A stretch of 19,962 nucleotides of DNA from Gemmatimonadaceae bacterium (lineage in GTDB: Bacteria > Gemmatimonadota > Gemmatimonadetes > Gemmatimonadales > Gemmatimonadaceae): the NCBI GenBank assembly GCA_044224875.1, contig JBGAJQ010000086.1, positions 1 through 19,962 on the forward strand, written 5' to 3'. Position numbers and translations under genes: made by a program. A model generated the notes under the pieces. The model was not told where the DNA came from. It did no database searches and saw only the letters and a program-made list of their open reading frames with translations. Shown in pieces: positions 1 through 9,914 of this stretch. Each line of letters begins with the position of its first letter. Positions within the stretch are counted from its first letter, which is position 1.

Positions 1-2
1 GC

Positions 3-947
3 GAGGGTGAGAGTGACATTACTGGTTCGTCGACTGGCGACCGGATCTATCGCATTTTGACCGCGTTCTTCGCGGCGGCCATTCCCCTGCTGCTGGTCCT
101 GATTGCGGTGGAGGTATTACGTGCCGCGTGGCCGGCGCTTTCAACGTTCGGGCTGGGCTTTTTGACGTCCAGCGAATGGGACCCAGTGCGCTCGAGGTTT
201 GGCGCCGCGCCGATGATCTTTGGCACGGTGGTGTCGTCCGTACTGGCACTACTGATCGCGACGCCACTCGCGTTAGGCGTGGCGATCTTCCTGTCGGAAT
301 TCGCCCCGTCCTGGCTACGCCAACCCGTGGCGTTTCTGGTAGACTTGCTGGCGGCTATTCCAAGCGTGGTGTATGGGTTGTGGGGGCTGGCGGTGCTTCT
401 GCCGATGATGCAGACCACCCTGATGCCTTTTGTGCAAGACACTCTGCACCTGGGGAACACGACGCTGTTTGAAGGGGCGCCGTACGGGTACAGCATGGCG
501 TCGGCCGGTCTGATCCTCGCCGTCATGATTCTGCCGTACATCTCCGCGGTCTCCCGCGAAGTGCTGATGGCCGTTCCGCGGTCCCAGCGCGAAGCGGCGC
601 TCGCGTTAGGTGCCACCAAGTGGGAGATGATCCGCGACGCCGTGATCCCATTTGCCCGCTCCGGGATCGTGGGCGGCGTGATCCTCGGCTTGGGCCGGGC
701 GTTAGGCGAGACGATGGCCGTCACCATGCTGATTGGCAATCGTCACGAAATCTCGGCCTCGCTGTTCGCACCCGGCTACACGCTGGCATCGGTGATCGCC
801 AATGAATTCGCCGAGGCCACCGGGGACTTGCACGTGGCGGCGCTCATGGCCTGTGGTGCGGTGCTGTTCGCCGTCACGCTCATCGTGAATGCCATCGCGC
901 GCTGGCTGGTTTGGCGCGTGGCTCGGCAGCCGGCGGGGGCCCGGTGA
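3..947 (+). CDS. pstC: Phosphate ABC transporter permease PstC (probably 5'-truncated by window edge)
   Basis: Frame is open from position 3 (EGESDITGSSTGDRIYRIL...). PstC motifs FLTSSEWDP, LLAAIPSVVYGLWG, EAA loop [22 protein letters not shown] and TLASVIANEFAEA. Stop TGA overlaps the pstA GTG (GTGA). Confidence 0.96.
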   Translation, partial: EGESDITGSSTGDRIYRILTAFFAAAIPLLLVLIAVEVLRAAWPALSTFGLGFLTSSEWDPVRSRFGAAPMIFGTVVSSVLALLIATPLALGVAIFLSEFAPSWLRQPVAFLVDLLAAIPSVVYGLWGLAVLLPMMQTTLMPFVQDTLHLGNTTLFEGAPYGYSMASAGLILAVMILPYISAVSREVLMAVPRSQREAALALGATKWEMIRDAVIPFARSGIVGGVILGLGRALGETMAVTMLIGNRHEISASLFAPGYTLASVIANEFAEATGDLHVAALMACGAVLFAVTLIVNAIARWLVWRVARQPAGAR

Positions 948-1876
948 CCGCGCCGGCCGTGCGCCCCGGCGAAACAGGCGCGAAGATTCGCGTCATTCAG
1001 GGACAGCGAGGCGCCGCGGAACGTACGCGGCGTTCGTTGTGGCGCCGCAAGGGTGCGAATCTGGTGATGCTCGGGATCATGTATCTGGCAGCCGCCATCG
1101 CCGCACTCCCGCTGCTCCTCATCCTCTGGTACCTCCTCAAGCAAGGCATCGGCTCAATCAACGTCGACTTCTTCACGCACATGCCGCAGCCTGTGGGCGA
1201 AGCTGGCGGCGGCATGGCGAATGCGATCGTTGGCACGCTCACTCTGATCGGTATTGCCGGGGCGATCGGCCTCCCAGTTGGCATCGGTGCCGGGTTGTAC
1301 CTGGCCGAGCACCGAGGCGAGCGTTTTGCGACTGGTGTGCGGTTTCTGTCCGACGTCTTGAACGGCCTGCCGTCGATCGTGATGGGCATTTTCGCCTGGC
1401 AGTTCCTGGTGCGGCCCGTGGGCCACTTCTCGGCGATGGCCGGCGGCGTGGCCCTTGGTGCCATGATGATCCCGCTGGTGACGCGCGCCACCGAAGAGAT
1501 GATCCTCACGGTCCCCACGTCGCTGCGTGAGGCCGCGCTGGCGTTAGGCTACCCGCGCTGGCGCACCTCCTTGTCCATCGTGTTGCGGACCGCGCTGCCC
1601 GGCATTGTCACCGGTGCGTTGGTGGCCGTCGCCCGTATTGCCGGCGAGACGGCCCCGCTGCTCTTCACATCGTTCGGCAACAACTTCTGGTCCCTTTCGC
1701 TGGACCAACCGATCGCTGCCCTTCCCCTGCAGATCTTCTCGTATGCCATCAGCCCCTACGATGAATGGCACCGCCTTGCCTGGGCCGGCGCCCTCGTCCT
1801 CATCGCCATCGTCCTCATCATCAGCCTCATCGCCAAGTTCGTCACCGGCGCCCGCCATGGCGGCGGAGGCGACTAG
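944..1876 (+). CDS. pstA: Phosphate ABC transporter permease PstA
   Basis: Motifs [41 protein letters not shown] and [12 protein letters not shown] at 944 overlapping the pstC stop is preferred over the ORF-finder start at 911. Confidence 0.95.
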   Translation: MTAPAVRPGETGAKIRVIQGQRGAAERTRRSLWRRKGANLVMLGIMYLAAAIAALPLLLILWYLLKQGIGSINVDFFTHMPQPVGEAGGGMANAIVGTLTLIGIAGAIGLPVGIGAGLYLAEHRGERFATGVRFLSDVLNGLPSIVMGIFAWQFLVRPVGHFSAMAGGVALGAMMIPLVTRATEEMILTVPTSLREAALALGYPRWRTSLSIVLRTALPGIVTGALVAVARIAGETAPLLFTSFGNNFWSLSLDQPIAALPLQIFSYAISPYDEWHRLAWAGALVLIAIVLIISLIAKFVTGARHGGGGD

Positions 1877-1877
1877 C

Positions 1878-2711
1878 ATGACGACTCCCGTGAGGACGCG
1901 CATTCAGCTCGACGGCGAAGGTCGAACGCCCGCATTCGATCAGCACGCTCGCGCACGGGTAGCTGTCCGCCAGCTCGACGCCTATTACGGAGCGTCGCGC
2001 ATTGTGCGCGGTGCGAGCATCGATTTCCTAGAGGGTCAGGTAACGGCCATCATCGGCCCTTCGGGATGTGGGAAGTCGACGCTCCTCCGATGCCTCAACC
2101 GGATGCACGAGACTGTGGCCACGGCACGCGTGGAAGGCGAGGTGTTGCTCGACGGCCAGGACATCTACGGGCGTGGCATCAGCCCCACCGGCGTACGACG
2201 CTACATCGGGATGGTGTTCCAACGACCAACGCCCTTCCCCACGATGTCCATTCGCGACAATGTGGCCGCTGGCTTCAAGGTGCTCGGTCGCTCGGCGCCA
2301 CCGCGTGCGGAGCTCGATGCCATCGTCGAGCGATCGCTGAGACGCGCTGCGCTGTGGGAGGAGGTCAAGGATCGCCTGAAGGATCCGGCGACCGCACTCT
2401 CAGGCGGACAGCAACAACGGCTGTGCATTGCCCGCGCGCTCGCGACGAGCCCCAAGGTGATCCTCCTCGACGAGCCAACGGCGTCTCTTGACCCCTTGAG
2501 CACGCAGAAGGTTGAAGAATTGGTCTACGAACTACGCGGCAGCGTGACAGTGGTGATCGTGACGCACAACATGCAGCAGGCCGCACGTGTCTCGGACCGC
2601 ACGGCGTTCATGCTCACGGGGGAGCTGGTTGAGGTGACACAGACGCGGCAGCTCTTCACCGCACCCACGGACCAGCGAACGGAAGCGTACATCACGGGCC
2701 GGTTCGGATGA
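1878..2711 (+). CDS. pstB: Phosphate ABC transporter ATP-binding protein PstB, copy 1
   Basis: ATG lies 1 nt after the pstA stop. Walker [55 protein letters not shown]-terminal [10 protein letters not shown]. Confidence 0.95.
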   Translation: MTTPVRTRIQLDGEGRTPAFDQHARARVAVRQLDAYYGASRIVRGASIDFLEGQVTAIIGPSGCGKSTLLRCLNRMHETVATARVEGEVLLDGQDIYGRGISPTGVRRYIGMVFQRPTPFPTMSIRDNVAAGFKVLGRSAPPRAELDAIVERSLRRAALWEEVKDRLKDPATALSGGQQQRLCIARALATSPKVILLDEPTASLDPLSTQKVEELVYELRGSVTVVIVTHNMQQAARVSDRTAFMLTGELVEVTQTRQLFTAPTDQRTEAYITGRFG

Positions 2712-3553
2712 CCGTGGTCGAACCCATGACCCTCCCCCCGAACCCGACCGACACCGATACGGCAGCGCCGGAAAGACCGACGCCTAACGCGTCGGCTGGT
2801 CCGGGGACCATTGCCGCGCGCGACTTCTCCTTCTGGTACGGCCCAAAGCAGGCCCTCCACGACATTTCCCTCGTGGTGCCCCCGCGCACCGTGACGGCCC
2901 TAATTGGCCCCTCGGGGTGCGGCAAGTCGACTTTCCTGCGCTCCATCAACCGCATGAATGACCTCATCACAGGGTCGCGCCACACCGGCGAGATCCTGCT
3001 GGACGAGGGAGACATTTATGCGCGATCCATCGACACGGTCCAGCTGCGCCAACGGGTGGGCATGGTCTTCCAGCGCTCGAACCCGTTCCCGAAGTCCATC
3101 TACGACAACGTGGCGTACGGCCCGCGGATCAATGGCGGTCGCTCGCGGGCCGAACTGGACGCCGTCGTCGAGTCTGCCCTTCGCCGTGCCGCGCTGTGGG
3201 ACGAGGTCAAGGACCGATTGCGACACAGCGCGTTTGGCCTGTCGGGTGGGCAACAACAACGCCTGTGCATTGCCCGCGCGTTGGCCAACCAACCCGAAGT
3301 GCTGCTGCTGGACGAACCCTGTTCGGCCCTTGACCCCATCGCCACGCAGAAGGTCGAGGAGTTACTCTACGAGCTGAAGTCGGACCTGACTATCGTAATC
3401 GTCACCCACAACCTGCAGCAGGCCGCACGGGTGTCGGGGATGACGGCATTCTTCTACCTCGGCCGGCTGATCGAGTACGACGCCACCGAGCGCTTGTTCA
3501 CGAGTCCGCGCGAAGAACGCACCGAGGCGTACATCACGGGGAGGTTTGGATGA
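2708..3553 (+). CDS. pstB: Phosphate ABC transporter ATP-binding protein PstB, copy 2
   Basis: ATGA overlap with copy 1. [63 protein letters not shown]-terminal [10 protein letters not shown]. Confidence 0.96.
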   Translation: MTVVEPMTLPPNPTDTDTAAPERPTPNASAGPGTIAARDFSFWYGPKQALHDISLVVPPRTVTALIGPSGCGKSTFLRSINRMNDLITGSRHTGEILLDEGDIYARSIDTVQLRQRVGMVFQRSNPFPKSIYDNVAYGPRINGGRSRAELDAVVESALRRAALWDEVKDRLRHSAFGLSGGQQQRLCIARALANQPEVLLLDEPCSALDPIATQKVEELLYELKSDLTIVIVTHNLQQAARVSGMTAFFYLGRLIEYDATERLFTSPREERTEAYITGRFG

Positions 3554-4266
3554 GTCCAGCCGAGAGCGTCGGCTTCCGCCATTTCCACGAGCAGCTCGCG
3601 GCGCTTAAGCAGCGTCTCCTCGACATGTCCGCGCGTTCCGAAGAGCTGGTGGACATCTCGGTTGATGCCTTGCTGGCGCGCGACAAGGACAAGGCGGACG
3701 CCGTGATCCGTGGCGATCGCGAAGTCGATCAACTGGAAGTGGAAGTTGAGCAACTGGCCCTCGAACTCCTCGCGCTCCAACAGCCCATGGCGCGCGACCT
3801 GCGATTTCTCATCAGCGCCATCAAGATCTCCTCGGACCTGGAACGGGTTGGCGATCACGCCGTGAACATCGCGCAGTCGGCCCTGCGCCTCATCGCCCTG
3901 CGCTCGTCGGTCATGATCGACCCGGCGATCGAGGACATGGCGCGTCGCGCCCGCCGGATGCTGAGTGACGCGTTGGACGCCTTTGTGCGGGCGGACGGCG
4001 CCATGGGACGCGAAGTCTGCAGAGCCGACGACGCGGTGGACGCTTTGCACGACTCCATGTTCCGAGTATTGTTGACGCATATGATGGCTGACCCGCGCAC
4101 CATCAACCCGTCCCTCGAACTGCTCCTCGTCAGTCGCAACCTCGAGCGGGTGGCCGACCTTGCCACCAACATCGCGGAGGACGCCGTCTTCCTGGCAGAA
4201 GGCAAGTCCATCAAGCACCGCGCCGAAATGGACGTCACCGCCACCGCGGCCACGAGTTCGGGGTAG
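3550..4266 (+). CDS. phoU: Phosphate signalling complex protein PhoU
   Basis: ATGA overlap with pstB. Two PhoU repeats: [10 protein letters not shown]...[13 protein letters not shown] and [19 protein letters not shown]. Confidence 0.96.
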   Translation: MSPAESVGFRHFHEQLAALKQRLLDMSARSEELVDISVDALLARDKDKADAVIRGDREVDQLEVEVEQLALELLALQQPMARDLRFLISAIKISSDLERVGDHAVNIAQSALRLIALRSSVMIDPAIEDMARRARRMLSDALDAFVRADGAMGREVCRADDAVDALHDSMFRVLLTHMMADPRTINPSLELLLVSRNLERVADLATNIAEDAVFLAEGKSIKHRAEMDVTATAATSSG

Positions 4267-4268
4267 CG

Positions 4269-5876
4269 ATGAGCGCGCGAGCACACGTTGTCGACATCTC
4301 GACGAAGGCCACCGCCTCGGACAAGCGACAGCGACTCGCCGCCATCGACATCGGATCCAACTCCATCCGGCAGATCATCGCCGACGTGACGCCGACCGGT
4401 GAGATCTTGGTCGTCGATGAAATGAAGGCGGCCCCTCGACTGGGCGCCGGACTGGACAAGCACGCCAAGCTCAGTGAGGCCTCCATGCGGCATGCGCTGG
4501 AGGCCATTGGACGCATGGCCACGCTGGCCCGGCAGATGGGCGTGACGCGCGTGCATGCCGTGGCGACCAGCGCCGTTCGCGATGCGGCCAATCGACGTGA
4601 TTTCCTTGACCGCGTTCGGCGTGAGGCTGGGGTTCGGGTACGGCTGCTGGACGGCGAGGACGAGGCGCGGTTGTCGTTTCTCTCCGCGCTCGCCCACTTC
4701 GACCTCGGCATCGGGCGTGCCGTGGTGATGGACATCGGCGGTGGTTCGTTGGAGCTGGCGATGAGCGCCGACGGCCTCATCGAGCGACTCGTCTCGCTTC
4801 CCTACGGCGCCATTCGGATGACCGAACAGTTCCTGGGCCAGCGACCCACACGCAAGGACGTGCGAAAGCTGCGCGCCCACGTGCGAGATGAGATTCGGAA
4901 GGCGCTACCGGTTCGCGACTGGCGCGGTGCGCAGGTCATTGGGTCCGGTGGCACTTTCACGAACCTCGCGGGGATGCACCTGTATCGGCAGGGCTTCCCC
5001 TCGGCGGTGGGGCGAGTGCATGGGACGCAGGTGCCGCGCGAAGAACTGGAGCACATCATCGACCAGCTGCAGGATGCCTCGCCGGCCGACCGCGCCCTGA
5101 TTCGCGGGCTGAACTCGGGTCGCGCCGATATCATCCTTGGCGGGCTGGCGGTGGCCGCCGAAGTCATGGCGCGGGTGGAAGGACGGCAGCTCACCATCTC
5201 CGGGTACGGGATCCGGGAGGGGTTGTTGCTGGAGCGGGCCCGGATTGTCCCGCAGCCGGCGGACCCCGGCGAGGCTCGCGAGCGCAGTGTGCGCACATTC
5301 GCCGAGAAATGCCACTACGAGGTGCCGCACGCCCAACAGGTGCAGCGCATTGCGCTCCAGCTATTCGACGCCATCGGGCATCGCATGGGGTGTGAACCGG
5401 CGGACCGCCAGACGCTGGCCGACGCGGCGCTCCTTCACGATGTCGGGTACCATATCAACTACGAGGGGCACCACAAGCACTCGTTGCACCTGATCATGCA
5501 CGCGGACTTGCTCGGCGTGCCGCCCGACGAACAAAGCGTGATGGCCCATGTGGCGCGATATCACCGGGGGGCGGCGCCACGACGGTCCCATCTTCCCTAT
5601 GGCACGCTGGATCGAGCGACGCGCTTGCGGATCAAGCGGCTGGCGGCGCTACTACGCGTTGCCGACGGGTTCGACCGCGGCCACGTGGGGGCGGTACAGC
5701 GAGTGAAGGTGCGCTGGCTGGACCGAGCGTTGCGGTTGACGGTGGTGCCGAACCCCCGGGCGCGTTCGATTCGCCTGGAACTGTGGGGCGCCAACCGAAA
5801 GGCGGCGCTGCTTTCGAAGCTGATCGGGATCCCGGTGGAAGTTGTTGCCCCCGACGGGACGGTCGTGGAAGAATAG
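4269..5876 (+). CDS. ppx: Ppx/GppA family exopolyphosphatase with C-terminal HD domain
   Basis: ASKHA motifs AAIDIGSNS, VATSAVRDA, GEDEARL, DIGGGSLE, GSGGT, RADII, GIREG. HD-domain motifs LLHDVG, ARYHR, LRVADGFD. Starts 2 nt after phoU. Confidence 0.93.
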   Translation: MSARAHVVDISTKATASDKRQRLAAIDIGSNSIRQIIADVTPTGEILVVDEMKAAPRLGAGLDKHAKLSEASMRHALEAIGRMATLARQMGVTRVHAVATSAVRDAANRRDFLDRVRREAGVRVRLLDGEDEARLSFLSALAHFDLGIGRAVVMDIGGGSLELAMSADGLIERLVSLPYGAIRMTEQFLGQRPTRKDVRKLRAHVRDEIRKALPVRDWRGAQVIGSGGTFTNLAGMHLYRQGFPSAVGRVHGTQVPREELEHIIDQLQDASPADRALIRGLNSGRADIILGGLAVAAEVMARVEGRQLTISGYGIREGLLLERARIVPQPADPGEARERSVRTFAEKCHYEVPHAQQVQRIALQLFDAIGHRMGCEPADRQTLADAALLHDVGYHINYEGHHKHSLHLIMHADLLGVPPDEQSVMAHVARYHRGAAPRRSHLPYGTLDRATRLRIKRLAALLRVADGFDRGHVGAVQRVKVRWLDRALRLTVVPNPRARSIRLELWGANRKAALLSKLIGIPVEVVAPDGTVVEE

Positions 5877-6005
5877 CCGACCCCAACGAGGCGCGAGAAC
5901 GCCGGTGGGGATGACCCGACGGTCACCGCTCGTACTGGTCTGTGGGGGGGTCCACCGGAGTTTATCGGCTCGCGCCCGCGCTACGGGGGCCGTCCCGCGA
6001 CCACC

Positions 6006-8237
6006 CTACTCTCGCGGTGCCGCGCCCCGCTTCCGCGCATGGCGGCGCTTCCCATTCGGGACCACAGCCGCCAGCTCCACCCTTGGCTCCGGCATCGGCG
6101 CCAGCGCCGATGCCTTCATCTCCATGGTGGTGTAACGCGAGTCGGATCGGTCCAGCCCCCACGGGTCGCGCAGCAGCTTGCGGTGGGCACCGCGATCCTC
6201 GTCGTCGCCAGGCGTCCGTTGCACGTACGTTCCATCGGCGCGCAAGTCCCACGCCTGACGGTTGTCGTCCAGGTACACCTGCAACAGCGAGCGCAATCGC
6301 GGGTGGAGGGCGCGATCCTCGACCGGTGTGACCACCTCCACCCGGCGTTCGAGGTTGCGGGGCATCCAGTCCGCGGACCCCGTATAGAACTCCTCATTCC
6401 CATCGTTCCAGAACGCGAACAACCGGGAATGCTCGAGGAAGCGACCGATGCAGCTCACGACGCGAATGCGTTCGCTCACCCCCGCCATTCCGGGGCGCAG
6501 GCAGCAGATGCCGCGGACGATCAGGTCGATCTCGACGCCGGCCTGCGACGCCTCATACAGCGCCGCAATCAACTCGCGAGATACCAGCGCGTTCATCTTC
6601 GCCACGATACGGGCGGGTTTTCCCTGACGGGCGAACTCCGTCTCGCGCGCGATCAGGGCGACGAGGGCCGGACGCAGGTTGGGTGGCGCCACCAGCAACT
6701 TGCGATACTGCTGCTGTCGCGAGAATCCAGTCAGGACGTTGAACAACTCCGAGACGTCCGCCCCGATCTCTGGATTGCAGGTGAACAACCCGAGATCGGT
6801 ATAGATGCGCGCCGTCTTGGAGTTGTAGTTGCCGGACCCAATGTGGACATAGCGTCGGATGCCATCGGGATCACGTCGGACGACGAGGGCCACCTTGGCG
6901 TGCGTCTTGAGCCCCGGCACGCCGTACGCCACGTGAACGCCATAGTTCTCCAGCGTTCGCGCCCAGTTGATGTTGTTGATCTCGTCGAACCGCGCCTGCA
7001 GTTCCACCAGCACGGCCACTTGCTTGCCGCGCTGCGCCGCTTCGGTGAGCGCTTCCACAATCGCCGTGTCGCCCGAGGTGCGGTACAACGTGAGCTTGAT
7101 CGCCAGCACATGCTCGTCGGCGGCGGCCGTCTCCAGGAAATTCTCCACCGTCGCCCCGAACGACTCGAATGGATGGTGCACCAGCAGGTCCCGGTCACGC
7201 ATCACGTCAAAGATCGACTTTTCGGGATCACGCACCTCGGGTGGCGCGACCGGCGCAAATGGCGGGTCTCGAAGCTCGGGGAGCTCGATGGACGCCAACG
7301 TGAGCACATCCGCGACATCGAGCAGGGGCCCCGTCTCGAACACGTCGCGCTCCGTCAGCGGCAACGTGCCGAGCGCGGCCGGTCCCTCACGAAGTTCCGT
7401 GAGCAACAGGTCCCGCAGGTGGGCCGGCATCCCCTCCTGAACCTCCAGCCTGATCACTTCCCCGAATCGCCGCTGGAAGATCTGCTCCTCGATCACCGCC
7501 AGCAGGTCTTCCGGTTCATCCTGCAGGGGCACATCGAGGTCGGAGTAGCGCGTGATCCGGAAGGGATGCCACGAGAGGATCGTCATGCCGGGGAACAGCG
7601 CCGGCAGGTGCGCGCCAATCAGGTCTTCGAGCGCCACAAAGTGGTTCGGCCGGCCTAACGGCACCCAACGCGTCAGGCTCTTGGGCACTTTCACCCGCGC
7701 AAACAACTCCCCTCGCTCGGCGTCATGCAGGCGAACCGCCAGCGACAACGACAGATTCGAGATGTAGGGAAAGGGATGGCCAGGGTCGACCGCCAGCGGC
7801 GTCAGCACGGGAAAGACATGCTGTTCGAAATACACGTCGAGCGCGGCCCGCTCATCCTTCGCCACCTCGGCCATCGGAACCAGCCGCACGCCGAGCTCGG
7901 CCAGTGATGGCAGCACATCCTCGTGCAGACACTTCCGATGGCGGAGCGATTGTTCTCGCAGCACCAAGTCGATCGCTTCGAGTTGTGCCTGCGGCGACAT
8001 CCCATCGGGTGGCGTAGCGTGCACGTTGGCCGCGACCTGCCGGCGCAACCCAGCCACGCGCACCATGTAGAACTCGTCGAGATTGTTGCTGAAGATGCCG
8101 AGGAACTTCAGACGCTCCAACAGCGGCGTGCGTGCGTCCAACGCCTCATGCAGCACTCGGCCGTTGAATTCCAGCCAAGACAGCTCGCGGTTGATGAAGA
8201 GGTGTGGGGAAAGCGGGGGAAGTGCCGTCTCGCTCAT
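6006..8237 (-). CDS. ppk1: Polyphosphate kinase 1
   Basis: FINRELSWLEFN, NLDEFYMVRVAGL, HPFPYISNLS, HHPFESF, IKLTLYRTS, phospho-His motif LKTHAK, KMNAL, GRFLEHSR, SADWMPRNLERRVE. ATG at 8237 is preferred; an in-frame GTG at 8258 is the alternative. Confidence 0.97.
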   Translation of the reverse strand: MSETALPPLSPHLFINRELSWLEFNGRVLHEALDARTPLLERLKFLGIFSNNLDEFYMVRVAGLRRQVAANVHATPPDGMSPQAQLEAIDLVLREQSLRHRKCLHEDVLPSLAELGVRLVPMAEVAKDERAALDVYFEQHVFPVLTPLAVDPGHPFPYISNLSLSLAVRLHDAERGELFARVKVPKSLTRWVPLGRPNHFVALEDLIGAHLPALFPGMTILSWHPFRITRYSDLDVPLQDEPEDLLAVIEEQIFQRRFGEVIRLEVQEGMPAHLRDLLLTELREGPAALGTLPLTERDVFETGPLLDVADVLTLASIELPELRDPPFAPVAPPEVRDPEKSIFDVMRDRDLLVHHPFESFGATVENFLETAAADEHVLAIKLTLYRTSGDTAIVEALTEAAQRGKQVAVLVELQARFDEINNINWARTLENYGVHVAYGVPGLKTHAKVALVVRRDPDGIRRYVHIGSGNYNSKTARIYTDLGLFTCNPEIGADVSELFNVLTGFSRQQQYRKLLVAPPNLRPALVALIARETEFARQGKPARIVAKMNALVSRELIAALYEASQAGVEIDLIVRGICCLRPGMAGVSERIRVVSCIGRFLEHSRLFAFWNDGNEEFYTGSADWMPRNLERRVEVVTPVEDRALHPRLRSLLQVYLDDNRQAWDLRADGTYVQRTPGDDEDRGAHRKLLRDPWGLDRSDSRYTTMEMKASALAPMPEPRVELAAVVPNGKRRHARKRGAAPRE

Positions 8238-8413
8238 ATGCTCCGGGCCAAGGCTCACCGCGCACCCGCGCTGGGCGGAATGGCCTGTTTAAGATACCGC
8301 CAGCCGGGTCGCTCCGCTTGTCACAGGCTGAGCCCGCTTGTGCCGATACGCTACAGAACCTCTTGACTCCCATGCACTTATGGGCACGCCCGCGCCTCAG
8401 CGGCGCCCGTTAG

Positions 8414-8719
8414 CTACATGCGCGCCCGCGCGCGGCTCACGCCCGGCCCATCGGCGCCACGACCAATCGTCGCCGGCTGAACCAACGAATCGCCCCCCAG
8501 CGGCAGCGCCCGCGCACAAAGGTCTTCGAGCGTCGACCAGTCCAGCTCGTCCCAATCGTTCGGATACTCGCGCAGCACACGCGTGACGCTTCGAGAAAGG
8601 AAGTAGAGGAACCCACGGTCGCCCTGCGGCGCCCGGTTCGTCTTGCCCTCACCAGCCCCGAGCTCAATGACCTGCCAATGGAAGCCGAACGAATCGACGA
8701 ACGCTCTGGACGACTGCAC
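8414..8719 (-). CDS. Small hypothetical protein (101 aa; MQSSRAFVDSFGFHWQVIE...GFLYFLS...YPNDWDELDWSTLEDLCARA...)
   Basis: GTG at 8719 is preceded by GGAGG (8730-8726) with a 6-nt spacer. Aromatic-rich, globular-looking core. Fills the pit-ppk1 gap in the same orientation. Confidence 0.75.
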   Translation of the reverse strand: MQSSRAFVDSFGFHWQVIELGAGEGKTNRAPQGDRGFLYFLSRSVTRVLREYPNDWDELDWSTLEDLCARALPLGGDSLVQPATIGRGADGPGVSRARARM

Positions 8720-8876
8720 GGAGTTCCTCCAAGAACACTGGCGACGGCGACACCTGCCTTCAAATGGCAGTCCCAAATGCCGGGCCGGAAGTGAGGGCTC
8801 CGAGTTGTTACATGGACCGTTACAAAGTGCGGACGGAATCCGGACTGGAGCGTGGTCGCCTGTGACGCGCGACGGC

Positions 8877-9911
8877 TCAGATCGGGTTGAATCGCTCCAA
8901 GAGCAGCAACGTCAGCGCAGAAATAATGGCGGCTGCCGGAATCGTCAAAAGCCACGCCCACACAATGCGTCCAGCAACGCCCCACCGCACGGCCGAAAGT
9001 CGCGTGGTCGCCCCAACCCCCATGATGGCACCCGTAATGGTGTGCGTCGTACTCACCGGGATCCCGAACTTCGTCGCAATCAGGATGGCGATCGATCCAC
9101 CAGTCTCGGCGGCACAACCACCGACGGGTCGCAACTTCGTGATGCGCGAGCCCATGGTGTGCACGATGCGCCACCCGCCGAACAGCGTACCTACCGAAAT
9201 CGCCGTGTAGGCACCGATCTCCACCCAGTACGGCACACTGTCAGCGTTCTCCAGGTGCAGGTAACGGAGCCACCCCGTTTCGCCGGCAAAGATGCCCTTG
9301 GCCGACACCAGTAAGCCGACGATGATGCCCATCGTCTTTTGGGCGTCGTTCGCGCCGTGCGAAAGTGAAAAGATGCCAGCGCTTACCAGCTGCAACCGAC
9401 GAAAGATCGCGTCCACTTTCCGCGGCGACGATCGCTGGAAGATCTGGTAGAACAGCACCATGAAGAACCAACCTGCCGCCATGCCGATCAGCGGCGACAA
9501 GACGATGAACAGCAACGTCTTCGTCCAGCCGGCGGGGATGATCACGGCGAATCCCGCCTTGGCCACCGCTGCACCGGCATACCCCCCGATCAACGCGTGT
9601 GACGACGAACTCGGCAGCCCAAACCACCACGTGATGAGGTTCCAGATGATGGCGCCTAACAAGCCACCCAGGATCACGTTCGGCGTCACGTACTGCACGT
9701 CGATCATGCCCTTGCCGACTGTCTTGGCCACCGCGGTGCCGACCAGGAAAGCAGCGGCGAAGTTGAAGAACGCCGCCCATGCCACCGCCGCCAGCGGATT
9801 CAGGACCCGCGTCCCCACCACCGTGGCGATGGAATTCGCCGAGTCGTGGAAGCCGTTGATGAAGTCGAAGATGAACGCGATGGCGACGATCGCGACGATG
9901 TAGTGCGCCAC
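8877..9911 (-). CDS. pit: PiT (PHO4) family inorganic phosphate transporter
   Basis: Both PiT signatures, FINGFHDSANSIAT and HGANDAQKTMG, plus GLPSSSSHALIGG and GIPVSTTHTITGAIMGVG. Starts 3 nt after the DUF47 stop. Confidence 0.95.
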   Translation of the reverse strand: MAHYIVAIVAIAFIFDFINGFHDSANSIATVVGTRVLNPLAAVAWAAFFNFAAAFLVGTAVAKTVGKGMIDVQYVTPNVILGGLLGAIIWNLITWWFGLPSSSSHALIGGYAGAAVAKAGFAVIIPAGWTKTLLFIVLSPLIGMAAGWFFMVLFYQIFQRSSPRKVDAIFRRLQLVSAGIFSLSHGANDAQKTMGIIVGLLVSAKGIFAGETGWLRYLHLENADSVPYWVEIGAYTAISVGTLFGGWRIVHTMGSRITKLRPVGGCAAETGGSIAILIATKFGIPVSTTHTITGAIMGVGATTRLSAVRWGVAGRIVWAWLLTIPAAAIISALTLLLLERFNPI

Positions 9912-9914
9912 GGG

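Noticed and set aside
1605..1877. Ser-rich 91-aa N-terminal extension of pstB copy 1 in the ORF track
   Set aside because: It overlaps pstA in another frame; the ATG at 1878 just after the pstA stop is the natural start.
6039..7658. 539-aa ORF antisense to ppk1
   Set aside because: Lies wholly opposite a conserved gene and has no motifs; a typical high-GC shadow ORF.
8314..8341. CCGCTTGT direct repeat (20-bp period) and a single TGTCACA upstream of ppk1
   Set aside because: Only one PHO-like half site, in the opposite orientation and without 11-bp phasing; could be chance.
8767..8783. Sigma54-like GGCAT...CTGC on the minus strand upstream of the small ORF
   Set aside because: GG-to-GC spacing is 11 nt, not the required 10.
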